Below are positions 47,700-57,953 of a stretch of 64,000 nt of DNA, piece after piece; the first letter of the stretch is position 1, and each line of letters starts with the position of its first letter. The DNA is from Nitrospirota bacterium (GTDB taxonomy: Bacteria; Nitrospirota; Nitrospiria; Nitrospirales; Nitrospiraceae), in contig CAVPBK010000005.1 of NCBI GenBank assembly GCA_963701855.1, positions 96,001 to 160,000 on the forward strand. Reading direction: 5' to 3'. The notes beneath the pieces were generated by a model. The model was not told the DNA's origin and ran no database searches. It saw nothing but the letters and a program-made list of their open reading frames with translations. The translations under genes were made by a program, and so were the position numbers.

Positions 47700-50534
47700 G
47701 TGGCAAAGAAATATGTGTACTACTTCGGTGACGGCGTGGCCGAAGGGACGTCCAACATGAAAGAACTTCTTGGCGGGAAGGGTGCCGGACTTGCCGAAAT
47801 GACGAATCTCGGCATCTCCGTTCCGCCCGGCTTCACGATCTCCACCGAGGCCTGCGTTGAATATTACAAGAACGGGAAAGAGTATCCTCCCGGCATGTGG
47901 GACGCGGCGTTGAAATCGCTCAAGCAGGTCGAGCGGTCAATGGGCATGGGGTTCGGCGATCCTGAGCGGCCGCTGCTGGTTTCCGTCCGATCCGGCGCCC
48001 GGGCCTCGATGCCTGGCATGATGGACACGGTGTTGAACGTCGGTCTGACGACCAAGACGGTTGAAGGGCTGGCGGTAAAAACACGCAACGATCGGTTTGC
48101 CCAGGACAGCTATCGTCGCTTTGTGTCCATGTACGGCAGTATCGTCATGGGCGTACCCCGCGAACATTTCGAAGCGATCCTCAAGCACAAGAAGGCCGAG
48201 GTGGGTGTTGCGCACGAAACCCATCTCGATGCGCGGCATCTCCGGGAATTGGTCTCCAGCTTTAAGGCGCTCATCAAGGAAGAGACGAAGAAAGAGTTCC
48301 CCGATGAGCCGCTTGAACAGCTTCGATTGGCCGTCAACGCCGTCTTTTCATCCTGGTTCGGGGCGCGAGCCGTCACCTATCGGCGTCTCTATGGGATTCC
48401 CGACTCGTGGGGCACGGCCATTAATGTGGTGGCAATGGTATTCGGCAATATGGGGGAGACAAGTGGTACTGGTGTGGCCTTCACGCGTAATCCTGCAACT
48501 GGCGACAAACACTTTTTCGGCGAGTGCTTGATGAATGCCCAAGGCGAGGATGTCGTAGCCGGCATTAGGACCCCGCTTCCGGTCAATGCGCTGGCCAAGA
48601 ATGTGCCGGAGGCTTACAAGGAACTGGAGCACACCTACAAGAAGCTCGAAAAACATTACCGGGATATGCTCGATTTGGAATTTACGATCCAAGAGGGCAA
48701 ACTCTACATGTTGCAAACCCGAGTCGGCAAACGGACCGGAATTGCCGCCGTCAAGATTGCGGTCGATATGGTCAGAGAGGGTCTTATTTCGAACCGGGAG
48801 GCGGTGCAGCGGATCGGACCGGAGCAGTTGTCGCAATATCTTTATCCGATTTTCGATACGAAAGAAGAGGCAAAATCTAATCCGCTGGGCAAGGGCCTCC
48901 CAGCCGGTCCTGGCGCTGCAGCTGGGAAGATCGCTCTCACTCCTGATCGGGCCGTGACGATGAAGACGGCTGGTACTCGTGTGGTGTTGGTCAGACAGGA
49001 AACCAGCCCAGACGACATTCATGGGATGAACGCCGCAGCAGGATTTTTGACGGCACGGGGCGGAATGACATCCCATGCTGCGGTGGTCGCACGGCAAATG
49101 GGCAAGGTCTGCGTAGCCGGCTGCGAAGCGGTGGAAGTACTGGACGGCCAGTCCGTTCGCATCGGGGCCAAAGTGTTCCGCGAGGGGGATTATCTTTCGA
49201 TCAACGGTTCGACCGGCAATGTGTACGAAGGGGACCTGCCCGTCGTTGAATCTGAAATCATTCAAGTCATCCAGGGCAAGTTGGATGCGAAGAAGTCAGA
49301 TAAGTATCAGCGCTTCGCGATGATTCTGTCATGGGCCGACCGTGTACGGAAGCTGCGCGTCCGCGCCAATGCGGATGTGCCGGATCAGGCGAAAATCGCG
49401 CGTGGTTTCGGTGCGGAAGGGATTGGGCTCTGTCGGACGGAGCATATGTTCTTCGCCGAGGATCGCATTCCGATCATGCAGAAGATGATCTTGGCGCGGA
49501 CCAAAGAGGAGCGAGAAAAGTTTCTCGATCAGCTTCTGCCGCTGCAAAGGCAGGATTTCATCGGGCTCTATCGCGAGATGGCGGGCTATCCAGTCACTAT
49601 TCGTCTGCTTGATCCGCCGTTGCACGAATTTCTGCCAAAGCGTGAAGACCTGATGGTGGAGATTGCGCAGTTGGAGCTGACCGGGCGCGATGGAGCCAGG
49701 CTGGAAGAAAAGCGCCGCTTGCTGGCCCGTGTCGAGGAACTCCACGAATTCAATCCCATGCTCGGGTTGCGCGGGTGTCGACTCGGGATTACGATGCCGG
49801 AGATTACCCGCATGCAGGCGCGGGCTATTATGGAAGCCGCGTGTGAGCTGGCCAAGGAAGGGAAGAAGATCGTCCCCGAGATCATGATCCCGCTGGTGGG
49901 GATGGTCTCGGAAATGAAGGCGCAGAAAGATTTGATTCGCGAGGCGGCGCAGGAGACGATGAAGCGGTACAACGTGAAGCTCTCCTATCTTGTGGGCACC
50001 ATGATCGAGCTGCCGCGTGCCGCAGTGACGGCCGATCGCATTGCGACAGAGGCGGAGTTCTTTTCATTTGGGACGAACGACCTCACCCAGACCACATTCG
50101 GTTTTTCCCGTGACGATGCGGCAAAGTTCATCGATTTTTATCGAACGGCGAACATTCTTGAGTCCGACCCGTTTGCTGTGCTCGATCGAGAGGGAGTGGG
50201 GGCCTTGATGAGGCAGGCCATTGCCGGAGGCCGGAAGACACGTCCTGGGATTAAACTCGGCATCTGCGGTGAGCATGGCGGCGATCCCAGTTCCGTGGAG
50301 TTCTGTCATGAGCTCGGATTGGACTACGTGAGCTGCTCACCGTATCGCGTTCCCATTGCAAGGCTTGCCGCAGCCCACGGGGCTTTGGCTGAAGCCGAAT
50401 CGAGCGGTTCACGCCTTACGCGCAAGGTGTCAGGGTCTCGTGCGAAGGCGAAGAAGGCAACGATGAAGACTACGAAGACGAAGTCGGCTCAGCGGCCTCG
50501 CAGCCGATCGCGCATCACGCGCAAGACACGGTGA
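47700..50534 (+). CDS. ppdK: Pyruvate, phosphate dikinase
   Basis: LLGGKGAGLAEM, SVRSGARASMPGMMDT, GGMTSHAAVVAR, SFGTNDLTQ, GICGEHGG. Confidence 0.98.
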   Translation: MAKKYVYYFGDGVAEGTSNMKELLGGKGAGLAEMTNLGISVPPGFTISTEACVEYYKNGKEYPPGMWDAALKSLKQVERSMGMGFGDPERPLLVSVRSGARASMPGMMDTVLNVGLTTKTVEGLAVKTRNDRFAQDSYRRFVSMYGSIVMGVPREHFEAILKHKKAEVGVAHETHLDARHLRELVSSFKALIKEETKKEFPDEPLEQLRLAVNAVFSSWFGARAVTYRRLYGIPDSWGTAINVVAMVFGNMGETSGTGVAFTRNPATGDKHFFGECLMNAQGEDVVAGIRTPLPVNALAKNVPEAYKELEHTYKKLEKHYRDMLDLEFTIQEGKLYMLQTRVGKRTGIAAVKIAVDMVREGLISNREAVQRIGPEQLSQYLYPIFDTKEEAKSNPLGKGLPAGPGAAAGKIALTPDRAVTMKTAGTRVVLVRQETSPDDIHGMNAAAGFLTARGGMTSHAAVVARQMGKVCVAGCEAVEVLDGQSVRIGAKVFREGDYLSINGSTGNVYEGDLPVVESEIIQVIQGKLDAKKSDKYQRFAMILSWADRVRKLRVRANADVPDQAKIARGFGAEGIGLCRTEHMFFAEDRIPIMQKMILARTKEEREKFLDQLLPLQRQDFIGLYREMAGYPVTIRLLDPPLHEFLPKREDLMVEIAQLELTGRDGARLEEKRRLLARVEELHEFNPMLGLRGCRLGITMPEITRMQARAIMEAACELAKEGKKIVPEIMIPLVGMVSEMKAQKDLIREAAQETMKRYNVKLSYLVGTMIELPRAAVTADRIATEAEFFSFGTNDLTQTTFGFSRDDAAKFIDFYRTANILESDPFAVLDREGVGALMRQAIAGGRKTRPGIKLGICGEHGGDPSSVEFCHELGLDYVSCSPYRVPIARLAAAHGALAEAESSGSRLTRKVSGSRAKAKKATMKTTKTKSAQRPRSRSRITRKTR

Positions 50535-51649
50535 CCGTCGCCACACCGCACTGCCACTTCATGGCCCTGGCACTCCGTCTCGCGGCGAAGGGCCGGGGCA
50601 GGACCAGCCCGAATCCCATGGTCGGTGCCCTCGTGGTCAAGAACGGCCGCATCGTGGGCCGCGGATACCATCACGGTCCAGGGCAACCTCACGCAGAAAT
50701 TCTTGCGCTCAAGCAAGCAGGGCCACGCGCTCGTGGCGCAACGCTTTACGTTACGCTCGAACCCTGTTGCCACCTCCTCAAACGAACCCCCCCTTGCGTC
50801 CCGGCAGTGGTTCAATCCGGTGTACAACAAGTGGTGGTGGCGATGACTGACCCCAATCCCATGGTCAAAGGCCGAGGGATTGTTGCCTTACGTCGAGCTG
50901 GGATCACGGTGACAACGGGTATCGTCCAAGAGGAAGCGGCGCAGTTGAATCGTGTCTATCTCCATTGGGTGAGGATTGGTCGTCCCTATGTGATCTTGAA
51001 GGCCGGGATGACGTTGGATGGGAAAGTGGCGACAGCAAAGGGGGAGTCTCGATGGATTACTGGTCCGCGTGCGCGGCAAGATGCGCACCGGCTCCGGAGT
51101 CAGGTGGATGCGGTGGTCGTTGGGGTGGGTACCGTCATTCACGATAATCCTACGCTGACGGCGCGACTGTCCGATCGCCCACTTAAGCTGGCGCCTCGGC
51201 AACCATTGCGTGTCGTGCTTGATAGCCGACTTAGGACTCCACCCACTGCGACGGTCTGTGCCAAGCAGGACCAAGCGAAGACGTTGATCGTGACCACAAG
51301 CCGTGCATCTCGGTCACGGCGCCGCCCATTTGAACGGGCAGGGGTGGAGGTCCGGTCCCTCTCGGCAAAGAACGGGCATGTCTCGCTTTCGGCGCTGATG
51401 ACGATGCTGGGCAAGCGCGGGATTACGTCCGTGCTCATCGAGGGAGGCAGCACCGTCAATGCCGCAGCATTACGCGAGAAACTGGTCAATCACGTCGTGC
51501 TCTATCTTGCGCCGACTCTTATGGGAGGGCAGGACGCCAAGGCAATGATCGGCGATCGCAGCCCGAAGCGCTTGGACCAAGCGCTGCCATTACGTCATGT
51601 CACGGTCCGCCGCATCGGGAAAGATTTTGTTGTGGAAGGAGATGTGTGA
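50531..51649 (+). CDS. ribD: Riboflavin biosynthesis bifunctional deaminase/reductase
   Basis: PNPMVGA, HAE, TLEPCCH..RTPPC, LIEGG. Confidence 0.96.
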   Translation: MTVATPHCHFMALALRLAAKGRGRTSPNPMVGALVVKNGRIVGRGYHHGPGQPHAEILALKQAGPRARGATLYVTLEPCCHLLKRTPPCVPAVVQSGVQQVVVAMTDPNPMVKGRGIVALRRAGITVTTGIVQEEAAQLNRVYLHWVRIGRPYVILKAGMTLDGKVATAKGESRWITGPRARQDAHRLRSQVDAVVVGVGTVIHDNPTLTARLSDRPLKLAPRQPLRVVLDSRLRTPPTATVCAKQDQAKTLIVTTSRASRSRRRPFERAGVEVRSLSAKNGHVSLSALMTMLGKRGITSVLIEGGSTVNAAALREKLVNHVVLYLAPTLMGGQDAKAMIGDRSPKRLDQALPLRHVTVRRIGKDFVVEGDV

Positions 51650-52935
51650 CGCGCTGGCTGCTCTCAGGCGTCCTGGTTGTAATCTTTGCGGGTTTCGCCG
51701 ACCGCGAAGTGAATGCGGCTAGTGCAGCTCCCTCTGCTGAGATGAAGACACAGGTCTTCCGCTACCTGGACAGTACGGATACAGACGAAGCAGCCCGCAT
51801 CCTTCAAGCAATTCTCTCCGATCCAAATGCCACAATTGACCAGACAATAGGGATCATTCAAACCGGGCGGGACTATGCCCCTCAGCCGACCGGGACCATT
51901 CACGACGAACGAATCGATGTGCAGGGGCGTGCCTATAACCTGGCGCTTTCCGTTCCCCCGACCTATCACCCGGCGAAGAACTACGGTCTGGTCGTGTGTC
52001 TGCATGGCGCGGGATTTACCGGTGAGGCCTACCTGGAACGCTGGCAGGTTCGATTGGGGGATGACTATGTTTTGGCTTGTCCAACTACTCCGATGGGCGC
52101 CTGGTTTACGAGAGACGCGGAGGAACTGGTGCTGGCGACGATTCGTTCCGTGCAACGGCGCTACCACATCGATCCTGACCGGATCTTTCTTACCGGCATG
52201 TCCAACGGCGGGATCGGCGCCTGGGTGATCGGTATGCACGATGCGCCCCTGTTCGCCGGCATTGCCCCCATGGCGAGCGGCCTCGATAATGTGCTGCTGC
52301 CGTTTCTGGCTAACTTGCGCTCCACGCCGATCTACATCATTCACGGAGCCAAGGATCAGGTGATGCCGGTGGAACTCAGCCGCACGATAACGAAAGAATT
52401 GACCAGGCTGGGCTATCCCTTTGTCTATCGAGAACATGATCGTGAGCATCCCATGGCAGGCGGGCATTATTTTCCCAGGGAAGAATTGCCTGAGCTGGTG
52501 GCCTGGCTTAACGCCCAACGGCGCAATCCTTTGCCAACGAGCGTGACGGTAGTGCGTGAGGCGAGTCATTTTCAACCGTTTGGATGGGTGCGCATCGACG
52601 CGACCGATCTCATTGCCGCGTTTTCCGAAGATCTAGTCAGCAAGCGAGACGATCTGATCAAGCGGCGGCAATATGCGAGGCTGGATGCCTCCATTGTGGC
52701 GCCGAATCGCATTGAAGTCCTGGTCGAGCGAGTCCAACGATATAGCCTCTTCCTGAACGAACAGCTTGTCGATCCTACCAAACCGCTCGTCGTGCTCACC
52801 AATGGGCAGGTGTCCTTCGAAGGTTCCGTGACTCCGTCGCTTGAGACCTTGCTGAGACAGGCGCACCTGCGCCAAGATTCAGGACAACTCTTTCCCATAC
52901 ATCTCGCCATCCAGGTTCGAAAGCAGCCGTCATGA
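51646..52935 (+). CDS. Exported alpha/beta-hydrolase (esterase/peptidase-like)
   Basis: Signal peptide, LHGAG, nucleophile GMSNGG, HGAKD, GGH. Confidence 0.8.
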   Translation: MTRWLLSGVLVVIFAGFADREVNAASAAPSAEMKTQVFRYLDSTDTDEAARILQAILSDPNATIDQTIGIIQTGRDYAPQPTGTIHDERIDVQGRAYNLALSVPPTYHPAKNYGLVVCLHGAGFTGEAYLERWQVRLGDDYVLACPTTPMGAWFTRDAEELVLATIRSVQRRYHIDPDRIFLTGMSNGGIGAWVIGMHDAPLFAGIAPMASGLDNVLLPFLANLRSTPIYIIHGAKDQVMPVELSRTITKELTRLGYPFVYREHDREHPMAGGHYFPREELPELVAWLNAQRRNPLPTSVTVVREASHFQPFGWVRIDATDLIAAFSEDLVSKRDDLIKRRQYARLDASIVAPNRIEVLVERVQRYSLFLNEQLVDPTKPLVVLTNGQVSFEGSVTPSLETLLRQAHLRQDSGQLFPIHLAIQVRKQPS

Positions 52936-53747
52936 TCTCCGGGTGGTTGTGCGCGCGGAGGGCCGGCCTGCTGGCAATGCTCGTCGTGATCGGGCTGAGT
53001 ACGACCATCTATTCAGGCTTGGCCAATTCGGAGACCTGCTCCTTACCGTCCGAGCATGCAGGGATGGCCTTTCCGATTGAACAGGTCGATCAAGACTGGG
53101 CTTGTCGACTGTATCCGATTGTCGACAACTACACCACGATCAGCAAGGTCGGCCCAATCCGAAGCGGTTTACCAGAATCGCTATACCATCAACTACTGGA
53201 TCGTCCACCTCTGGCAGCGGCCTTGATCAATCGCCTGGAACTTGGTTTGTATAAATCGGAGGCGAGAGGCCCAGGTCGGTTCTGGGGGAACGATGGTGAG
53301 GGGACTGGGGGGATCGTGCAGCTCATCTACCAGGACCGCAACTCTCGAATTTATTATCTCGAAGGATCACACGACGGCCGGTTCCTTCCGCACATCACTG
53401 GCAAGGCGGTCGTGTTTCTGAGGATGAATCCGGTGAAAGACACCGACGGGATGGAAGCGATGGACAGCACCATGGTCTCCTATGCAAGGTTGGACAATCG
53501 CATCCTTTCCGGAGTGGTCACCTTGCTGCGCCCGTTTATCGGGGGGACTATTAAAAGGAAGTTGAGTAAAGGAGCGGAGACCGTCAATCAATTGAGTCTC
53601 CTCATGCGGCAACACCCCGACCGTGTACTATTTGAAGTCATGAACCCGCCTGCCTTCCCGGACGATGAGGTGGCCTTTGTGAAGCAGGCGTTGGAGAGTC
53701 TTTCTCATTCCAGCGATCTGACCCCATCCAGGACACCGTCACCATGA
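52932..53747 (+). CDS. Hypothetical exported protein
   Basis: 271-aa ORF with ATGA overlaps on both sides and a signal-like N-terminus. Confidence 0.75.
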   Translation: MISGWLCARRAGLLAMLVVIGLSTTIYSGLANSETCSLPSEHAGMAFPIEQVDQDWACRLYPIVDNYTTISKVGPIRSGLPESLYHQLLDRPPLAAALINRLELGLYKSEARGPGRFWGNDGEGTGGIVQLIYQDRNSRIYYLEGSHDGRFLPHITGKAVVFLRMNPVKDTDGMEAMDSTMVSYARLDNRILSGVVTLLRPFIGGTIKRKLSKGAETVNQLSLLMRQHPDRVLFEVMNPPAFPDDEVAFVKQALESLSHSSDLTPSRTPSP

Positions 53748-54910
53748 CGACGTCGCGCAGCTTTACGTTGCTCTGCACAGTCGGCGTGTTCTGCTTTATC
53801 AGCTACAACATGGTGCGGATGCCGGTGTTGGCGCTGTTCGCTGAATCTCTGGGGGCCAGTCCTGAGCGCATCGGGTTCATCGTGTCGGTGTCCACTCTGA
53901 CCGGGGTTTTCCTCAAGTTACCGTCCGGCGCACTGTCTGACATCTACGGTCGGCGGTTTCTGCTGCGGATCGGCGTGGTGGCGTTCGGGCTGCCTCCGTT
54001 TCTCTACCCCTGGGTGACAGATCTCGATGCACTGACCGCCTTACGCTTTTTCCACGGACTTGCCACCGCCATCTTTGCGCCAAGTGCATTGGCAACTGTG
54101 GCCGATCTCTATCGAGAACGGCGGGGCGCCGCGCTTGGCACCTACACGGCCTCGACCCAATCCGGCGCATTGCTCGGGCCGTTTATCGGTGGCTACCTGA
54201 TCTATGTGTCGGGGTTCTCCTCTGCCTTTGTCACGGCCGGCATTTTTGGCTGCATCGCCATTGCTATTTTCTATAGCCTGCACCTCACACCGCCTCCCCC
54301 GCGTATTCAAGAGAAGGGGATGGCCCCGTTGTTGGCCGAGATGTGGAAGGGCTTCAGGGTGGTTGCCAAGAATCGCAAGGTTCTCATTACTAGTTCGACC
54401 GATGCCGCTAAGATGATCGCGAACGGGGCCCTGATGGCATTCCTTCCGCTCTATGGTGTCTCGGCAGGGTTGAATCCTGGAGAAGTCGGGCTGCTCTTTA
54501 CGGTCCAGGCTCTCACGTCGCTCATCTCCAAACCGATTATGGGCCGGGTGTCCGACAGCATAGGCCGTCAGCCGCTCATCGTCATCGGCCTCGTAATCTG
54601 CGCAGCGACGTTCGTCTGTATCCCACAGGTGTCGGTATTCTGGCTGTTATTGCTACTCTCGGCGGGCTTCGGATTCGGCGAAGCCGTCGTCTCCTCTTCG
54701 TCGTCCGCACTGGTCGCAGACAGTTCCGAGTTCAAGGGGCTTGGGGCTGGGATGGGTATGCAAGGGACAATCGGAGACATTGGCCATGCGAGTGGGCCGC
54801 TCCTGGCGGGGATTCTCATCTCGCACCTGAATTATGCCAACGCCTTTGCCATCATCGCAGGCCTGCAACTGCTCGCGGCGGCGGTGTTCTGGATGACGAT
54901 GAGAAGATGA
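53744..54910 (+). CDS. MFS transporter
   Basis: About 12 TMs; motif A twice (GALSDIYGRR, GRVSDSIGRQ). Confidence 0.93.
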   Translation: MTTSRSFTLLCTVGVFCFISYNMVRMPVLALFAESLGASPERIGFIVSVSTLTGVFLKLPSGALSDIYGRRFLLRIGVVAFGLPPFLYPWVTDLDALTALRFFHGLATAIFAPSALATVADLYRERRGAALGTYTASTQSGALLGPFIGGYLIYVSGFSSAFVTAGIFGCIAIAIFYSLHLTPPPPRIQEKGMAPLLAEMWKGFRVVAKNRKVLITSSTDAAKMIANGALMAFLPLYGVSAGLNPGEVGLLFTVQALTSLISKPIMGRVSDSIGRQPLIVIGLVICAATFVCIPQVSVFWLLLLLSAGFGFGEAVVSSSSSALVADSSEFKGLGAGMGMQGTIGDIGHASGPLLAGILISHLNYANAFAIIAGLQLLAAAVFWMTMRR

Positions 54911-55041
54911 CTCACGCGACACGGGCAAGACTGGCGGGGGAAGCTCGACGGGTAGAGACAGCACTCACATGCCCCTCGCTGCTCTACCATTTCGCGACGG
55001 ACCGTCATGAATAATGTGGACTAGTTCTATATAATGGGCCG

Positions 55042-55164
55042 ATGCTGAAGGTGATCGCGACAGAGAATATTGTTATTGGCACGTTGGCCGGCATCGGTGT
55101 GGTCGTGCTGGTTGTGATGGTTGTCTATGTAGTTCGGCTAATATTCAGCCAGAAAGGGGAATAG
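55042..55164 (+). CDS. 40-aa single-pass membrane peptide
   Basis: MLKVIATENIVIGTLAGIGVVVLVVMVVYVVRLIFSQKGE*; TATAAT ends about 6 nt upstream of the ATG. Confidence 0.55.
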   Translation: MLKVIATENIVIGTLAGIGVVVLVVMVVYVVRLIFSQKGE

Positions 55165-55184
55165 GTTCCGTGCTTGAGCTTCTC

Positions 55185-55308
55185 CAGGATATTCAAAAAG
55201 GCCTCCGGCAAGGCCGCAGCGAGCGGCTAGCCGAGGCGTACTGTCGTTAAGTACGTCGAGGCTGGGCGAGAAGCGAGAACGAAGCTGGGGGCCTTTTTCA
55301 ATATCCTG
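55185..55308. repeat. ~125-bp structured intergenic repeat, family 1, second copy
   Basis: CAGGATATTCAAAAAG...CTTTTTCAATATCCTG; shares CAAGGCCGCAG, GAGGCGTAC and CGAGAACGAAGC with 335-459. Confidence 0.8.
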
Positions 55309-55310
55309 CT

Positions 55311-55967
55311 ATGTTTACAGGCATCGTCGAAGAACTAGGCGCCATCATCTCGATCGACAAGACTCTCGCAGGGACGAGGGTGACGATTCTGGCCTCAGCC
55401 ATGACGGGCGACCTCAAAGTTGGGGACAGCGTCAGCGTCAACGGCACCTGCCTGACCGTGGTGAACAAGAGTGAGCATAATTTTTCCGTGGAGGTTTCTC
55501 CCGAAACGCTGTCCGTGACCACCCTCGGGCAACTCACTGCCGGCACACCGCTGAATCTTGAGCGGGCGATGAAGCTCAACGAACGGCTCGGTGGGCATCT
55601 CGTGGCTGGTCATGTGGACGGCATTGGCACGGTTCGTAATCGCCAACAAGATGGGAATGCCATCCTGTTCACGATAGAAGCCCCGCCGGAGATTCTGCGC
55701 CACTGCATTGTGAAAGGGTCCGTCACCGTTGACGGCATCAGCCTGACGATCAACCAGGTGACAGATCGTGGGTTCTCCGTTTCGATTATTCCGCACACTG
55801 CGAAGGTTACCACCCTGGGCCTCAAACAAGTCGGTGATCTGGTCAATCTCGAATCGGACTTGATCGGGAAATACGTCGAACGCTTGCTGCAGGAACGGGG
55901 ACAACTTCCTGCCAAGCCTACCCCCGTTATTGATAAAGACTTCCTCCAAAAGCGCGGCCTCCTTTAA
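55311..55967 (+). CDS. ribE: Riboflavin synthase (alpha chain)
   Basis: MFTGIVEE, GDSVSVNGTCLT, LGGHLVAGHVD, DGISLT, IIPHT. Confidence 0.97.
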   Translation: MFTGIVEELGAIISIDKTLAGTRVTILASAMTGDLKVGDSVSVNGTCLTVVNKSEHNFSVEVSPETLSVTTLGQLTAGTPLNLERAMKLNERLGGHLVAGHVDGIGTVRNRQQDGNAILFTIEAPPEILRHCIVKGSVTVDGISLTINQVTDRGFSVSIIPHTAKVTTLGLKQVGDLVNLESDLIGKYVERLLQERGQLPAKPTPVIDKDFLQKRGLL

Positions 55968-55968
55968 T

Positions 55969-56166
55969 AGGATGCTGAAAAGGGGGGCGGGTAGCCTGGT
56001 CGTCCTCCTGCTCGCGGAACGCGCACGATCAGAATGTGCTCGTTCGACGCGCGCAATCGAGGATCGATCAGGCCACCCGTGAGGAGAGAGCAAGCGAGCT
56101 TGGAAGGACTATTTAGAAGGATGAGGGTTGCTCGAAGCGCGCAGTTGGGATCATCCCAGCCATCCC
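55969..56166. repeat. Intergenic repeat, family 2 (related to 58802-58967)
   Basis: Shared blocks TGCTCGCG.AACGCGC..TCAGAA and AAGCGAGCTTGG.AGGA; begins with AGGATGCTGAAAA like family 1 ends. Confidence 0.55.
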
Positions 56167-56187
56167 TTAAAAATAAAAAGGTTCAGG

Positions 56188-56928
56188 ATGGCACAGAAGG
56201 CCGCGAGATCTTCTAAACGTCTCACCGTGGATCGGCTGCTCTCGAAGCTCGGCATTGCTTCGCGTGGGACAAGCCAGGAGTGGATCAGTGCAGGGCGAGT
56301 CCGCGTCAATGGTCGAGTCGTGCGTGATCCGGCCACATGGGTCTTGTGGCCGAAAGATGCTGTCTTGATCGATGACCAACCGATTCAAGACTCGGTCAAA
56401 CGATTCTTCCTCTTTCATAAACCCAAAGGGGTCATCACGACGCATAGTGACGAACAGGGCCGTAAGACGATCTTTGATGTGCTGCCGCCGGACATGGGAT
56501 ACATGCATGCCGTCGGGAGACTCGATCAGGCGACCAGTGGGCTCCTTCTGCTCACCAACGATTCAGCACTGTCGAGCTATCTCACTGATCCGGCCCATAA
56601 AGTGATGAGGATCTACCTCGTTTCCGTGCGAGGAGAATTCACTGAGGCCCAAGCCACAGAAGCCACAGCCGGAGTGCTCGATGGTGGCGAGCGCCTCCAG
56701 TGTCACAGCGTGAAGATTCAAAAGAGTTCCGGACGCGAATCACATCTGGAAGTGGTCCTGACCCAGGGAAAAAACCGTGAAATCAGAAGACTGTTCAAGA
56801 CATTGGGGCATGAAGTGACCAGACTCAGGCGCATTCAATACGGTCCCTTCAAACTGGAAGAACTTCCGTCCGGCGCATGGCGCGAAATCCCGATTGAGGA
56901 CGTGAGGAAGATGTTTCGACTGTCCTAA
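56188..56928 (+). CDS. rRNA pseudouridine synthase, RsuA/RluB family
   Basis: S4 domain, HKPKGVIT, VGRLDQATSGLLLLTND, GKNREIRR. Confidence 0.93.
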   Translation: MAQKAARSSKRLTVDRLLSKLGIASRGTSQEWISAGRVRVNGRVVRDPATWVLWPKDAVLIDDQPIQDSVKRFFLFHKPKGVITTHSDEQGRKTIFDVLPPDMGYMHAVGRLDQATSGLLLLTNDSALSSYLTDPAHKVMRIYLVSVRGEFTEAQATEATAGVLDGGERLQCHSVKIQKSSGRESHLEVVLTQGKNREIRRLFKTLGHEVTRLRRIQYGPFKLEELPSGAWREIPIEDVRKMFRLS

Positions 56929-57149
56929 CTCGCCGCTTGTATCTCGTTCGAAGAGTAGAGCCCATGCGTATGGCCGATAGCAAGTGCAGGAGAAGCAGGA
57001 CTTTCTTCGTCAGTGCTATCAGCCTTTGCCATTCGCGATCAGCTTCTGCCGGGAAAATCTAGAAAACAAAATTTTACTCGTTGCTCAAACTCTGATATAC
57101 CAGACACACATCGATTAACATTTTGACATCGAAGGGGGGTGGAGTTCTC

Positions 57150-57209
57150 ATGGCAGCGAAGAAAGCAGCAGCGAAGAAGCCCGCAAAGAAGGCGGCGAAG
57201 AAGAAGTAG
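57150..57209 (+). CDS. 19-aa Lys/Ala-rich histone-H1-like micropeptide
   Basis: MAAKKAAAKKPAKKAAKKK*; RBS-like GGGGGTGGAG 5 nt upstream; 14-bp hairpin immediately downstream. Confidence 0.7.
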   Translation: MAAKKAAAKKPAKKAAKKK

Positions 57210-57219
57210 TCGTCGCATT

Positions 57220-57251
57220 GTGAGGAGGCGACGGCCACGTCGCCTCCTCAC
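57220..57251 (+). terminator. Hairpin terminator after the micropeptide ORF
   Basis: GTGAGGAGGCGACG-GCCA-CGTCGCCTCCTCAC followed by a pyrimidine tract. Confidence 0.7.
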
Positions 57252-57953
57252 CTTCCCTCTTCCTCGATTTCCATCTGATCAGAACCGCATCTCACTCACG
57301 GCCGACCAATCGGGGTATTCCCCCAAAGAATTTCCTGCAGGCTCGATTGCCCGATACAAAATACGTCACATGGTAGAGGGTATATTTCTAGACCAGATCT
57401 TCATCGGTATGGGAATGAGAGTGTGTCCGGATGTAATCGGAGTAGAAGAGGCTCAGCGAGCTAAGATTACCAAAACAGGAAATCAGAGAGGTAAAAAAAT
57501 GGGGAGGTGATGGCCACATCACCTCCCCGACTTCCTCTGCGCAGGGGAGAGCCCATAGCGTGAGGAAAGCAGCGCACAAATCTTATCATGAACATTCCCG
57601 CGAAAGGAGAACTAATATTCTCATGTAGTCAACGACTTATGGGTATATCCTATCGGAGCGCTTGACGATGAAAGAAAGCAAATAGAACCGCGCAACTCAA
57701 ACCATGGGATGTTGGTGGTCGGATGACGGGAGTATTTCTTGTCTCCAGCTGTTCGTGGTGGAAAGTGTGCGAGAGGACTAGCTTGGAAGAAAGACTGCGA
57801 GTCCTCAGACTTGTCGCCGGCATTTTTATCTGGCATCAATAAAGATCACAGACCAGGTCGGTAAGGTTCTTGGTGAGCATTCTCACGAATCTGGGTGCCA
57901 TAGGGGAACACTGGTAGGGCGTGCTGCTATTGTTTTACCCCAAGGGATGCGGA

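Noticed and set aside
54911..55310. Possible FMN riboswitch ahead of ribE (or ribD)
   Set aside because: No AGGGC/CCCGACCG core motifs seen; the structure present is the dispersed repeat
57039..57510. Arg-rich ORFs (57139-57510 + and 57039-57251 -)
   Set aside because: Alternative frames of the AAG/GCA-rich micropeptide. The + one reads through the terminator hairpin, and the RBS fits ATG 57150
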